DNA of 64,000 bases from Bryobacterales bacterium (GTDB lineage: Bacteria; Acidobacteriota; Terriglobia; Bryobacterales; Bryobacteraceae): contig SHUI01000001.1 of assembly GCA_009697455.1 (NCBI GenBank), forward strand, positions 2,679 to 66,678, given 5' to 3'. Under the pieces are notes generated by a model. That model ran no database searches, was not told the DNA's origin, and worked only from the letters and a program-made list of their open reading frames with translations. Shown in pieces: positions 1 to 9,100 of the stretch (the first letter of the stretch is position 1; each line of letters begins with the position of its first letter). Made by a program: the position numbers and the translations under genes.

Positions 1-1
1 C

Positions 2-112
2 GGGTACGTCCGGATCGGCAGCATGGTCAAGGGCGGAACGATTCTGGCGCTGTTGAGCATTCCTCTTGTCGCTACGCTTGGTTTTTATGTGGCGTCCTGG
101 GTTCTTCGGTAA
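2..112 (+). CDS. 3' end of a membrane protein gene (partial; begins upstream of window)
   Basis: The frame is open from the window edge to TAA at 110-112. It encodes GYVRIGSMVKGGTILALLSIPLVATLGFYVASWVLR*, a hydrophobic C-terminal TM helix. Too short to name a family. Confidence 0.4.
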   Translation, partial: GYVRIGSMVKGGTILALLSIPLVATLGFYVASWVLR

Positions 113-121
113 GGATCACGA

Positions 122-423
122 TATTCCCCTCCTGGGACAGGAGGGGTGGCTGCGCGATCAAGAAATGCCGCGAAGCCTCATTTAACGCGCAGACGGGGTG
201 GTCCGTCTCGAAAATTATTCGTGAATGACCACCCCGTCCGCGTCTTTCTAACGGTTGCTGACGCGTCCACCCCTCCTGTTCCAGGAGTGCTCCAACCGGC
301 TCGCCGGTGCAATTACAGTAAGGAAGTAGGCGCATATCGCTTTTTGGTGAAAATTCGTGCAAGCCGCTGACTTTAAGTCGCTTATTGAGATAATGCTGCG
401 CCTACTTCCTTGAGAGGGGAATA
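122..423. repeat. Family-1 nested-palindrome element, copy A (right terminal hairpin interrupted by ~125 bp)
   Basis: TATTCCCCTCCTGGGACAGGAGGGGTGGCTGCGC...GCGCAGACGGGGTGGTC-loop-GACCACCCCGTCCGCG...CCACCCCTCCTGTTCCAGGAG spans 122-287. The rest of the terminal motif (AGGGGAATA) appears only at 413-423. Confidence 0.8.
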
Positions 424-429
424 ACACAA

Positions 430-484
430 CCTCACCTCACCTCACCTCACCTCACCTCACCTCACCTCACCTCACCTCACCTCA
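430..484. repeat. Pentanucleotide microsatellite (CCTCA)x11
   Basis: Eleven perfect tandem CCTCA units read directly in the sequence. The tract lies 13 nt beyond the stop of the minus-strand OMP gene. Confidence 0.95.
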
Positions 485-497
485 CTGCATAACAGCT

Positions 498-1082
498 CTA
501 ATTGCCTAAATACAGAATCACTCCGGCGGATATCCGAAAATTGTTCTGATTTGCTCCGAGGGCGTTGGCCCGAAGGTATTCCGCCTGGACAACGCGAATC
601 CCGGCGTTGTTCGAAAACTTAAGGTCCAGCCCGCCGCCCGCCGCTGTTGCAAACGAAGTGCCGGAAGCACGCGGCCCGGTCGGGGTCACCTTTACATTCA
701 TGTGCGCCACGCCCAGCAGGACATGGGCGAAAGGAGTCAGGAAAGAGATTCTGGGGAAGGAAAACCGCGGGCCATACATGATCGAGTACATCCGCTCGCG
801 GTTCGTCGTTCCGGATACCACCGGCTTTGCGTAGTGTCCTCGGAAATCCAGCGTGCCGCCGAGCCACCGATTGACATTCTCCGTCACAGAAAAATCAAAG
901 CCGTTGAGCTTCAGGTTCTGGTTCCGAAACGTATAGATGATCGGCGTCGATTTGAAATACTCCCGCACATTCGATTTCTGATACGAATAACCGCCGAAGA
1001 CCTCCCATTTGGGAATGGTCTGCGCGAAACAAGGTGACGCCAAAAAGAGAACCAACAGGAAGAGCCGCAATGTTCTAATCAA
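498..1082 (-). CDS. Outer-membrane beta-barrel protein (OmpA-like TM / OmpW-porin type)
   Basis: 194-aa ORF with signal peptide MIRTLRLFLLVLFLASPCFAQ. It has alternating aromatic/Gly-rich beta-strand pattern (WEVFGGYSYQ, GGTLDFRGHY, AGGGLDLKF). It overlaps the cpaF stop by 8 nt, suggesting an operon. Confidence 0.7.
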   Translation of the reverse strand: MIRTLRLFLLVLFLASPCFAQTIPKWEVFGGYSYQKSNVREYFKSTPIIYTFRNQNLKLNGFDFSVTENVNRWLGGTLDFRGHYAKPVVSGTTNRERMYSIMYGPRFSFPRISFLTPFAHVLLGVAHMNVKVTPTGPRASGTSFATAAGGGLDLKFSNNAGIRVVQAEYLRANALGANQNNFRISAGVILYLGN

Positions 1083-2412
1083 CAGTCACAACCTCTTCGA
1101 AAAGTTTTGGGTCGATCGGCAGACCCAGCACGCGAAGGCGCTCCAGGAACCGCGGCGACGCATCCGTGCCTCGAAATCGTCCGAGCACCCGGCCGTTCTC
1201 TCCGACGCCGGTCTGCTCGAAAACGAAAATATCCTGCACTTCGATATTCAAATCGTTCAAGCCCACCACTTCGGAAATGTGCGTTATCTTCCGTGTGCCG
1301 TCACTGAGCCGCGCCGTCTGCACGAGCAACTGAATAACGGACGCCATCTGCTGGCGGATAAACCGGCTCGGCAAATCGAGCTTTGCCATCATCACCATCG
1401 TTTCCAGCCGGCTGAACGCATCGGCGGGGGAGTTCGCATGCACCGTGGTCATCGATCCTTCCACGCCCGTTCCCATCGCCTGCAACATGTCCAGCGCTTC
1501 GCCGCCGCGCACTTCGCCCAGCAGTATCCGGTCCGGACGCAGGCGCAGCGCTGTATTCAGCAACTGCCGCTGCGTGATCGCGCCCTTGCCTTCGATGTTG
1601 GGCGGACGCGTTTCCATGCGGACGACGTCTTCAATTTGAATCTGCAGCTCGGCCGTGTCCTCGATCGTGATCACGCGCTCGTGTTCCGGGATGAATCGCG
1701 AAAGGCAATTCAGAAAGGTTGTCTTACCCGAGCCGGTGCCGCCGGAGATCACAATGTTGAGCCGCGCCTGCACGCAGGCCATGAGAAAGGTCATCACCGG
1801 CTGCGTCATGGTCTTGTTCTGCAGCAGTTCTTCGTTGGTCAGGACCTTCCGTCCGAAACGGCGAATCGACAGCGACGGCCCGTCCACTGCCAGCGGCGGG
1901 ATGATCGCATTCACGCGTGAGCCGTCCGGCAGGCGCGCATCGACCAGCGGAACGGACTCGTCAATGCGCCGGCCCACACTCGAGACGATCTTTTCGATGA
2001 TGTGTTGAAGATGGCGATCGTTCTGGAAGCGAATGCCCGTCTCGATCAGCTTTCCGTGCCGCTCGATGTAGACGTTCTTGTAAGTGTTCACGAGAATGTC
2101 CGAGATCGTCGGGTCTTTCAGCAGCGGTTCGAGCGGCCCCAGGCCGAAGACCTCGTCGAGAATCTCTTCGGCGAGCCGGTTGCGCTCCGTCATGCTGAGG
2201 GGAAGATGATCCTCGCGAAGGATTTTCTCCAGCGCGTTCTGCACTTCGCGACGCAGTTCCTGCCGGCTTTCCGCCTTGACCGCATCCATGTTCAGGATGT
2301 TGAGAAGCTTCTGGTGGACGCGCACCTTCAGGTCGGCGCGCCGGTCCTGCGTCTGGGCGGTGGAGGGAGATCCGGCGGCTGGCCTGCGAATCGGGATTGG
2401 CTTCCTGCTCAT
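1075..2412 (-). CDS. cpaF: CpaF/TadA-family Tad secretion ATPase (orphan paralogue)
   Basis: 445 aa with Walker A GGTGSGKTT, the ITIEDTAELQ motif and RPDRILLGEVRGGEALDMLQAMGTG. Collinear with the second cpaF at 19585-20868. Confidence 0.9.
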   Translation of the reverse strand: MSRKPIPIRRPAAGSPSTAQTQDRRADLKVRVHQKLLNILNMDAVKAESRQELRREVQNALEKILREDHLPLSMTERNRLAEEILDEVFGLGPLEPLLKDPTISDILVNTYKNVYIERHGKLIETGIRFQNDRHLQHIIEKIVSSVGRRIDESVPLVDARLPDGSRVNAIIPPLAVDGPSLSIRRFGRKVLTNEELLQNKTMTQPVMTFLMACVQARLNIVISGGTGSGKTTFLNCLSRFIPEHERVITIEDTAELQIQIEDVVRMETRPPNIEGKGAITQRQLLNTALRLRPDRILLGEVRGGEALDMLQAMGTGVEGSMTTVHANSPADAFSRLETMVMMAKLDLPSRFIRQQMASVIQLLVQTARLSDGTRKITHISEVVGLNDLNIEVQDIFVFEQTGVGENGRVLGRFRGTDASPRFLERLRVLGLPIDPKLFEEVVTVD

Positions 2413-2440
2413 ATTGCTAATTTCGGAATTGAGGGACGCA

Positions 2441-2508
2441 GGAATTGAGGGACGGAGACCGAATTCTCAAGGTTGAATTAAAGAATTCGGTCTCCGTCCC
2501 TCAATTCC
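2441..2508. repeat. Family-2 inverted repeat: perfect 26-bp stem, 16-nt loop
   Basis: GGAATTGAGGGACGGAGACCGAATTC (2441-2466) pairs with GAATTCGGTCTCCGTCCCTCAATTCC (2483-2508). A partial extra left arm lies at 2425-2440. The hairpin abuts the stop codon of the BNR gene and lies upstream of cpaF. There is no T-run, so it is not a canonical intrinsic terminator. Confidence 0.85.
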
Positions 2509-5500
2509 TATTGGACCGGAATCGTAACACGATTGCTTGAAAACCCTCCGATCGTCAGGCTCACCGGAATGTTGGTGGCCGGCGAAACCAGCGCGGGAAC
2601 GCGCACCGTCACCTGATAACGTCCTGCGACTCCCGGAACAAGACCGCTGAAGAGCACCTCGGCCTGGTAACTGTCGAAGAAAACCCGCGGACTTCGGACC
2701 GTGCGGATGAGCGGTTCCGCCACCGCGCCCGGCTGACCTGCCGCAATCGGAGGATTCACCGCGCCAAGACCCGCCGCATAGAACGTCACCCGCGTTCCCC
2801 GGTCTGCGGGGTTCGCCGCCGACACCACCGAACCGTCATCCTTAATAAAGATTCCTGCGCCGCGTCCGTTCTCGCTCACCGTGAAAATTCCCGGCGCAAA
2901 AGCCGCCACCGAGATCTGGATCTCGTTGCTGCGGCGCGACGCCACTTCGACGCGGAGTCTGTACGTTCCCGGCGCGACATCGAAAGGCAGCATTGCTTTC
3001 ACGAGGAGTGGAGACACGGACAGGAGGGGCAGCACGACCTCGCCTGCCGGCATCGCCAGCACGACCTGCGTGGTATGGAGTCCGGACGGCAGCAATGCAG
3101 GTGCGGCTGCGAGAGCCGTCTCTGCAAGATTCTGACCCGCAATGGCAAGAATGCTTCCCGGTCCGAGCGGCGTGTACGCGTTGAACGTCACTCCATCCAC
3201 GACGGAATTCGCAAGCAGCGCCGGATGCGTCACCGCCGTCGCGGTAAAGGTGGCGGAAAGATCCCTACTCGTCGCAACCACCCGGACCGTACCGGTCGTC
3301 GCAGGCAATCTCAACACGGTGGCGGCCACCCCGACGGTATTGGTGTGAGCGGTCTGGGCGCTCAGCGATCCACCTCCGCTTGCGATTGCAAAATTCACGG
3401 TGATGCCCGGCAGCGGAACCTGGCTGGCGTCGGACAGCAGCACCTGGAACGACGGTAATGCGGAACCCGCCACCCCAGTCACATTACTCGGGCCGACGAT
3501 TCTCATTTGAGCCGGCGATGGCGTCACGTGCGCCTCGACCAGAATGTTCTGCACATAAGGACCCGAGACCAGTTCAAGCCGTCCGAGGTAAACACCGACC
3601 TGCAGCCCCGCAGCGGAAACACGGAACACGGCCTGTGTGGAAGTCCCCGGCTGCAGCGTTCCATTCTGCGCAGGAAGGCTGATCCAGGAATCGAGCGAAT
3701 TCAGCCGCCAGGAATTCGTCGCGGTCGTCGAGGCATTCGTCAATGTAACGCCTGTGGTCACGCTCGCTCCCTGCATGAGAGTCACATCCATCGACAGCCG
3801 GGTCGCAACGACACCCGCTGCGAGTCCAGCCGTCGAGGTCGAGTAAATCCCGCGTCCAAATGTTGCAGCGGCCAATATGTTTCCCGGTTGCCGCAAGGAC
3901 AGGTCGGTCACAGGAGCCCGCGGCAGGTTCGAGCTGATTTCCGTCCACTGCGTTCCCGCATTGAAGCTTGCAAACACGCCGTCGTCGGTTCCCACATAGA
4001 GTGTCTGGGCAGGCTGGTTGAAAGCCACGAACCCTGGAACACCCGGCACTCCTGGAACGCCGGGCACACCCGGCACGCCCGGATTACCGGGTGTGGGCTG
4101 CGCGGGCAGGGAAGCCGGATCAATCACGATGGTGTTTACTGGTGCATCCGGCAGATTTCCGCGAACCGATGCCCACAGGGCTCCGCCGTTCGTGGATCGC
4201 AACAGATCGCCCGGAAGAAGGCCGGCCGAAATACTCGGACCGGCGGGGAACGCTCCGACCGCCGCATACACGGTATTGGTCTGCCGCGGATCCACCGCCA
4301 GCCGGTTCACCAATCCAGTCACGGGACTGAGCTGAGTCCAGGTCGTTCCCGAATTTGCGGAACGCCAGATCCGCGATGCCGGGGAGCAGGAGGTCAGCGC
4401 CACTTCGGGAAGACAGGCTGTCGCTGCGTACAGTGTCGTCCGCTGAGCCGGCGCCATCGCCAATGCGATGACCACGTGAGTGAGATCCGGATCCACCACA
4501 GCCAGGTCCGTCCAGGTGCTGCCGCTATTCGTCGTGTGATACAGCCGCCTTCCAGCCACATACGCGGACAGCGTGTTGACAGGATCCAGAACAAGCGGAG
4601 GAAACGGCGCCCGCAGCTCGCCATCGGCGATGACGAGATCCGCGGAGAATTGCGCACCTCCGTTCGTGGATCCGTAGATTCGAGTGTTGCCCGCTGCAAA
4701 AATGTTCGTCGAGCCCGTCGCTGCGGCTGCCACCCTGCCAACGGCGCCAATCCCGGTCACGCGGGTGCCGTTGACGCTGGACAGCGGCCCAAAGAGGCCT
4801 CCCTCTCCAGCGGCCCAGATCGCGTTCACCGAATCGAGGCTTACTCCAAGAAATTGGCCGAGGGGCAACGGCGAAATTTCGAGAACCGGCGTTCTCGATA
4901 CCAGAGCTACGGGCGTTAATCCTTTTTCGCCGCCCAACAAGAGCATCCCTCCGGTCAAAGCCGCAGCGTGAAACCCGCTCGTTGTGGTAGCAATCGTGTA
5001 CCAGCCGGCTCCCTGGTCGACAGAAGCCAGCAAACGGTTTCCTGCAATGTACAGGCTGCCGGTGTCCGGACTCGCGAGCATGGCTACAGGCGGGCGTGCC
5101 TGTCCGGCTGCGGCGGGCACAGACCACGTGCTGCCGCCATCGGCGCTGCGATAAAAATCCATCGACGATAACGGCGCCTGGGCGGACGACGGACTTGTTC
5201 CCGGGACCCGCGAATTGAGCTGATAGGAAACGATCGTGTTGACGGTGCTGCCCTCAATGAATACGCCAACCCAGTTCGTCACGGCTTCCGGTACGTTGAG
5301 GTTCGGAGGCAATGTGAGGTTGGCCCAGGTCAGGCCGCCATCGGAGGAACGGGTGAGAATATCTTTACGCGTTCCCGCCGCGTCTTCGCCGAGCATTCCG
5401 GCATAGACGATGCCCTGGGCATCAAGCGCAACGGATGTAACCGGTGAATCCAGAACCCTCGTCCACGTGGAGCCGGTGTTGGAAGAGAGAAATAATCCTT

Positions 5501-5951
5501 CCTGCGAGCCCGCGAGGAGTCGCGCGGGATTCGCCGGATCCACCGCGAGCGCACAGACCGGCTGGTCCGTAAACCGCGCGAGGGCCGTCCAGGTTTTTCC
5601 GCCGTCCGCCGATCGCTCAACGCCCTGCCCGGCGCGGGGACTTTGATCGTCTCCCGTCCCGGCATAGAGCACGTCCGGAAAATGCGGATCGAGGATCAGG
5701 GAGCAAACCTGCAGCGAGGGACCTTCATCAAGCAGAGGAACCCATCTCACGCCGCCATCCTGGGTTTTCCAAAGGCCTCCTCCCGGCGCGGCGAGATACA
5801 GGACAGAATCGCTTCGCGGATCCACGGCCAGCGCGAGAATGCGCGCGGGGGCGGCGAGAGGGCCCGCGTAATTCCAGGTCTGAGCGAATGCGGGCTGGGC
5901 AAATGTGAGAGCGATCCAGGCACAGCAAACCGCAAGAGAGAAAAAACGTAT
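2508..5951 (-). CDS. Giant secreted BNR/sialidase-like beta-propeller repeat protein with IPT-like plus Solibacter-type (TIGR03437-like) C-terminal domain
   Basis: Repeated SxDGGxTW motifs (SADGGKTWT, SSDGGLTWA, SADGGSTWS, STNGGAQF, TNSGSTWT, ANSGTTWT). The signal peptide is FFSLAVCCAWIALTFAQPAFAQ. The C-terminus reads PGIFT...FYAAGLGAV...GRYQVTVRVP...IPVQ. The ORF is open up to 6260, but everything 5' of 5951 is repeat element. No canonical start codon lies next to the signal peptide, so the start is unresolved. Confidence 0.8.
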   Translation of the reverse strand: MRFFSLAVCCAWIALTFAQPAFAQTWNYAGPLAAPARILALAVDPRSDSVLYLAAPGGGLWKTQDGGVRWVPLLDEGPSLQVCSLILDPHFPDVLYAGTGDDQSPRAGQGVERSADGGKTWTALARFTDQPVCALAVDPANPARLLAGSQEGLFLSSNTGSTWTRVLDSPVTSVALDAQGIVYAGMLGEDAAGTRKDILTRSSDGGLTWANLTLPPNLNVPEAVTNWVGVFIEGSTVNTIVSYQLNSRVPGTSPSSAQAPLSSMDFYRSADGGSTWSVPAAAGQARPPVAMLASPDTGSLYIAGNRLLASVDQGAGWYTIATTTSGFHAAALTGGMLLLGGEKGLTPVALVSRTPVLEISPLPLGQFLGVSLDSVNAIWAAGEGGLFGPLSSVNGTRVTGIGAVGRVAAAATGSTNIFAAGNTRIYGSTNGGAQFSADLVIADGELRAPFPPLVLDPVNTLSAYVAGRRLYHTTNSGSTWTDLAVVDPDLTHVVIALAMAPAQRTTLYAATACLPEVALTSCSPASRIWRSANSGTTWTQLSPVTGLVNRLAVDPRQTNTVYAAVGAFPAGPSISAGLLPGDLLRSTNGGALWASVRGNLPDAPVNTIVIDPASLPAQPTPGNPGVPGVPGVPGVPGVPGFVAFNQPAQTLYVGTDDGVFASFNAGTQWTEISSNLPRAPVTDLSLRQPGNILAAATFGRGIYSTSTAGLAAGVVATRLSMDVTLMQGASVTTGVTLTNASTTATNSWRLNSLDSWISLPAQNGTLQPGTSTQAVFRVSAAGLQVGVYLGRLELVSGPYVQNILVEAHVTPSPAQMRIVGPSNVTGVAGSALPSFQVLLSDASQVPLPGITVNFAIASGGGSLSAQTAHTNTVGVAATVLRLPATTGTVRVVATSRDLSATFTATAVTHPALLANSVVDGVTFNAYTPLGPGSILAIAGQNLAETALAAAPALLPSGLHTTQVVLAMPAGEVVLPLLSVSPLLVKAMLPFDVAPGTYRLRVEVASRRSNEIQISVAAFAPGIFTVSENGRGAGIFIKDDGSVVSAANPADRGTRVTFYAAGLGAVNPPIAAGQPGAVAEPLIRTVRSPRVFFDSYQAEVLFSGLVPGVAGRYQVTVRVPALVSPATNIPVSLTIGGFSSNRVTIPVQ

Positions 5952-6139
5952 TTCCCTCCTTGGAAAGGAGGGGTGGCGGCGCGACCCGGAAATTATTGCG
6001 AAGCCACTTTTGACCGCGCAGACGGGGTGGTCCGTCTCGAAAGGTTTTTCCAGAATGACCACCCCGTCTGCGCTTTCAGAGGTGGCTTCGCGGCCTTTTC
6101 TTGTTGCGCATCCACCCCTCCTCTTTGAGGAGGGGAATA
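5949..6139. repeat. Family-1 nested-palindrome element, copy B
   Basis: TATTTCCCTCCTTGGAAAGGAGGGGTGGCGGCGC...GCGCAGACGGGGTGGTC...GACCACCCCGTCTGCGC...CCACCCCTCCTCTTTGAGGAGGGGAATA. Symmetric arms. Confidence 0.9.
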
Positions 6140-6171
6140 CTGCGGTTGCTGATTTCAAATCCGCAAACACC

Positions 6172-9100
6172 TTAATGGATTGACGCGAGTGGAGCATTGG
6201 TGACCGTACTGGACGTCCCTCCCACGGTGACCACCACCGGCAGGTCATCCCCTTGCGCACGGCTTCCGGGAACGTAGATGTTGATCTGATAAATACCGAC
6301 GTTATCCGGCGCCAGTCCGGCCCACGTCACGAGATACGGCACACCTCCGATCGAGACTCCGACCGGTTGAATCACCGCGGAAGGCGGACTCGATGATCCT
6401 GCCTGGCCTGCGCCCACTGCCGGCGTGACCGGGCCCAAACCCGTGGCATAGAGAAGCAGCGTCTCATCCCGGCGTGCCGGATAGTCCGGTATGACCAGCG
6501 CTCCATCTTCGGAATGCACGAGTGCGGCGCGCTGCTGGCCGCTCACATCCAGTGCAAACACCCCGGGACCCACTGCAGCGACCTGGATTGCGGAGCCTGC
6601 GCTCGACAGGCCAAGACGCGTGGACCGCACCGTCAGCGTAAAACGGCCCGTTCCCAGGTCGGGTGGCAGCTGCGCCTGGATCTGCGTCGGAGAAGTGCTG
6701 AACAGGGGAATCGCAATCTCGTTCGCGGTCACACAAACTCCAGCCAGTGTTCGCGGCCAGGGAGTGGCCGCCACCGTGGCGGCATCCGCGAGGTTGACGC
6801 CATTGATCGTGATAAGGGAACCGGGAGACAGAGCCCCCGTGCGGCTGGCGCCATTCACAACACCGCTCAACAGAGGCGACCGGCCCACAGGCGACGTCAA
6901 CGACACCACGCTGAGACCCGAAAACGTCAGAACATATGCAGTGTTGTTGTTGACCGCAATCCCGCGGCGCAGAAGCTGCGTCTGGTTGTTCACTCCAAGT
7001 TCAAGCGCGGTTGCGCGAGGCGGCCACTGACGTGTTCCGTTCGCGGTTCCAACCAGCGCGGGGCTGATGTCCAGCACCTGCTCCGGCAGGGAGACCTGAA
7101 GGTCGGACTGCAGCGTGAGAAGGTTGTAACGCCACAGACTTTGCAAGGGCGATTGGGGGGTCCCCGCCTGCACTCGGATCGCGGTATTGCCGGTGGCCGT
7201 CACGCCGAACGCGAGCGTTGCGTTGGCGGTTTGCGCGGGAAGTCCGACGGCGGAAGGCGCGATCGCACCATGCGCGCCCAGCACGGAATTGAAGACCAGG
7301 TTATCGACGACGTAGAAGCTTCCGTCGGACGCTGCGGACACCGTGCCCCGTAACCCCGGCACGGCTCCAACACGCGTGACAGTGAACGTGTCGGCGATCG
7401 GGTCATACATTCTCAGGGTTCCATTTCCTTCAACCGTCACAATCGCGCTGCCATCCGCAGGCGCGATCAGCATGTTGCGGCCCTGGATCACATTCAATGC
7501 ACCGAGTCCGAGGTTCCGCCGCGGGACCGCGCTGTGAGTGATCCGGCTCAACTGCCAGATCTGGCCATTGCCGCGCGCCAGGCCTGCGGCTGCCAGCGGC
7601 GCAGCCGAAAACAAAACCGCATTCGATGAAGCGGCGATGGAAAGAGGAAACAGCGGCGCAGCGTTGAGCGGTATTGGTCCCATCGAGATCTGTTCGACCT
7701 CCTGCATCGCTTCGAGGTCCACGACCGACACGCCTTCCGCGCCATTGTTCGCAACTACAAGCGTATCGGCATCCACCATTGCCATCGAAAACGGACGATT
7801 CCCGACGCGGATCGGCGGAAGGAACGTCTGCGTCGCCAGAGAGAAAACTTCGATCTGATCCTGCGTGTAGTTCGCGATGTACAGCCGCTGGCGCGCGGCG
7901 TCCATCTGCAGATCCACACCGACACCGGTCATCGGGACGATCGCGCCTCGGTCGCTCACGTCGCGGAAGTTGAGGTTCGCGAGGATCGCCGGCTCGATAT
8001 TCACGGCTTCCGGAGATAGAAGCATGACGGCATACTGCAGCGTGCCGCGCGTCGTGACGCTGCGCGGATCGAAGCTGATGGTCAGCGTTGCAGGTGCGAC
8101 CCCGGACCCGCGATCCAAAATCACCGGAGCGTTCAGGTTGGTGCTGTTCACGACAGCCGCAAACGTCATCCGTCCGCCGCCCACGTTACGCACCTGCACC
8201 GTGGCAGTCGCGATGAGCCGGTTGCAGATGTCCACCGATAGCACCACGTTGGTCGTGCTGACATCGAGCACCGGAAGATTGTTCAGTTGCCCAATGGGAA
8301 TCACCTGCAATCCGGTGGCGGAATTCGCGAACAGGTATTGCCCATCCGCCGACGAAATGATCTTCGAAGTAATCGCTTCCGCCAGCCGCAGGCCAAGCTG
8401 CGGCGTCAGGCTTGAAGAACGCATGATCTGCAACACCGCTCTCGTTACCTGGGCACTGGGATTCTGTCCGGCGATGGCGCCGGGAACAACCGCACCACCC
8501 GGGTTCTGGGGATTGTTCGTGTTCAGCGGATTGATCGCGGGCTGCGTGGAAAACGTCGCATATACCGCGTTGCCGTCCACCGAGAATGCGCTCCCTCCGG
8601 TGAGCGTCGCGGCGACAGTGCCGGCGCGCCCGAGGATCGTCAGCGTCTGCGTGTCAAACAGGAACGGACCGGCCATGAACCGTGAACCGTCCGTTGACGC
8701 CGAAAGAATGGCGCGGAGACCCGTGACGTTGCGGCTGCGCAGGACCGTTCCGGAAGCCACCTCGTATACGAAGAGCCGGTTCGTCGAGAGTCCGATGATC
8801 AGATTTCCCGATGCCGTTGTCACCAAACCAGCCAGGAATCCTGCGGGCGTGGGGCTGGCCCCGATGTTCACTCCCACCGGTGGCGTTGCCGGCGGCGAGA
8901 TCGGAACAGGGGAGACCAAGCCGGTTACGGGATCCAGGCGCAGCAGACCCGCGGTGCCGAGAATTACAATCTTGCCGTCGCTTCCGACGGCAATTGCATC
9001 CGGACGAGAACCGATCGAGTAGTCGCTAACGCGCTGCCGGGAAACCAGGTTGATCACGCTGACCGTGAGCGAGCCGACGTTGGCGGCGTACAGCGTGTTC

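Noticed and set aside
72-370. ORFs 72-362(-) and 146-370(+), and analogous ORFs at 5905-6183, 12956-13197, 19361-19555, 30853-31143 and 49866-50162
   Set aside because: All are translations of family-1 repeat copies and share the same peptide motifs on both strands. I treated them as non-coding repeat DNA, not genes.
430-484. Possible CRISPR array or coding repeat
   Set aside because: The unit is only 5 nt with no spacers, so it is a microsatellite. No CRISPR-like repeat-spacer structure was seen anywhere in the window.
1009-1920. 303-aa plus-strand ORF (and 2002-2448) opposite cpaF
   Set aside because: It is antisense to a gene with unambiguous CpaF motifs. The Arg/His-rich, low-complexity translation is typical of shadow ORFs in high-GC DNA.
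3507-4919. 470-aa plus-strand ORF inside the BNR gene
   Set aside because: It is an antisense shadow ORF. The translation is Arg/Gly/Ser-rich with no motifs, while the minus strand carries repeated BNR motifs.
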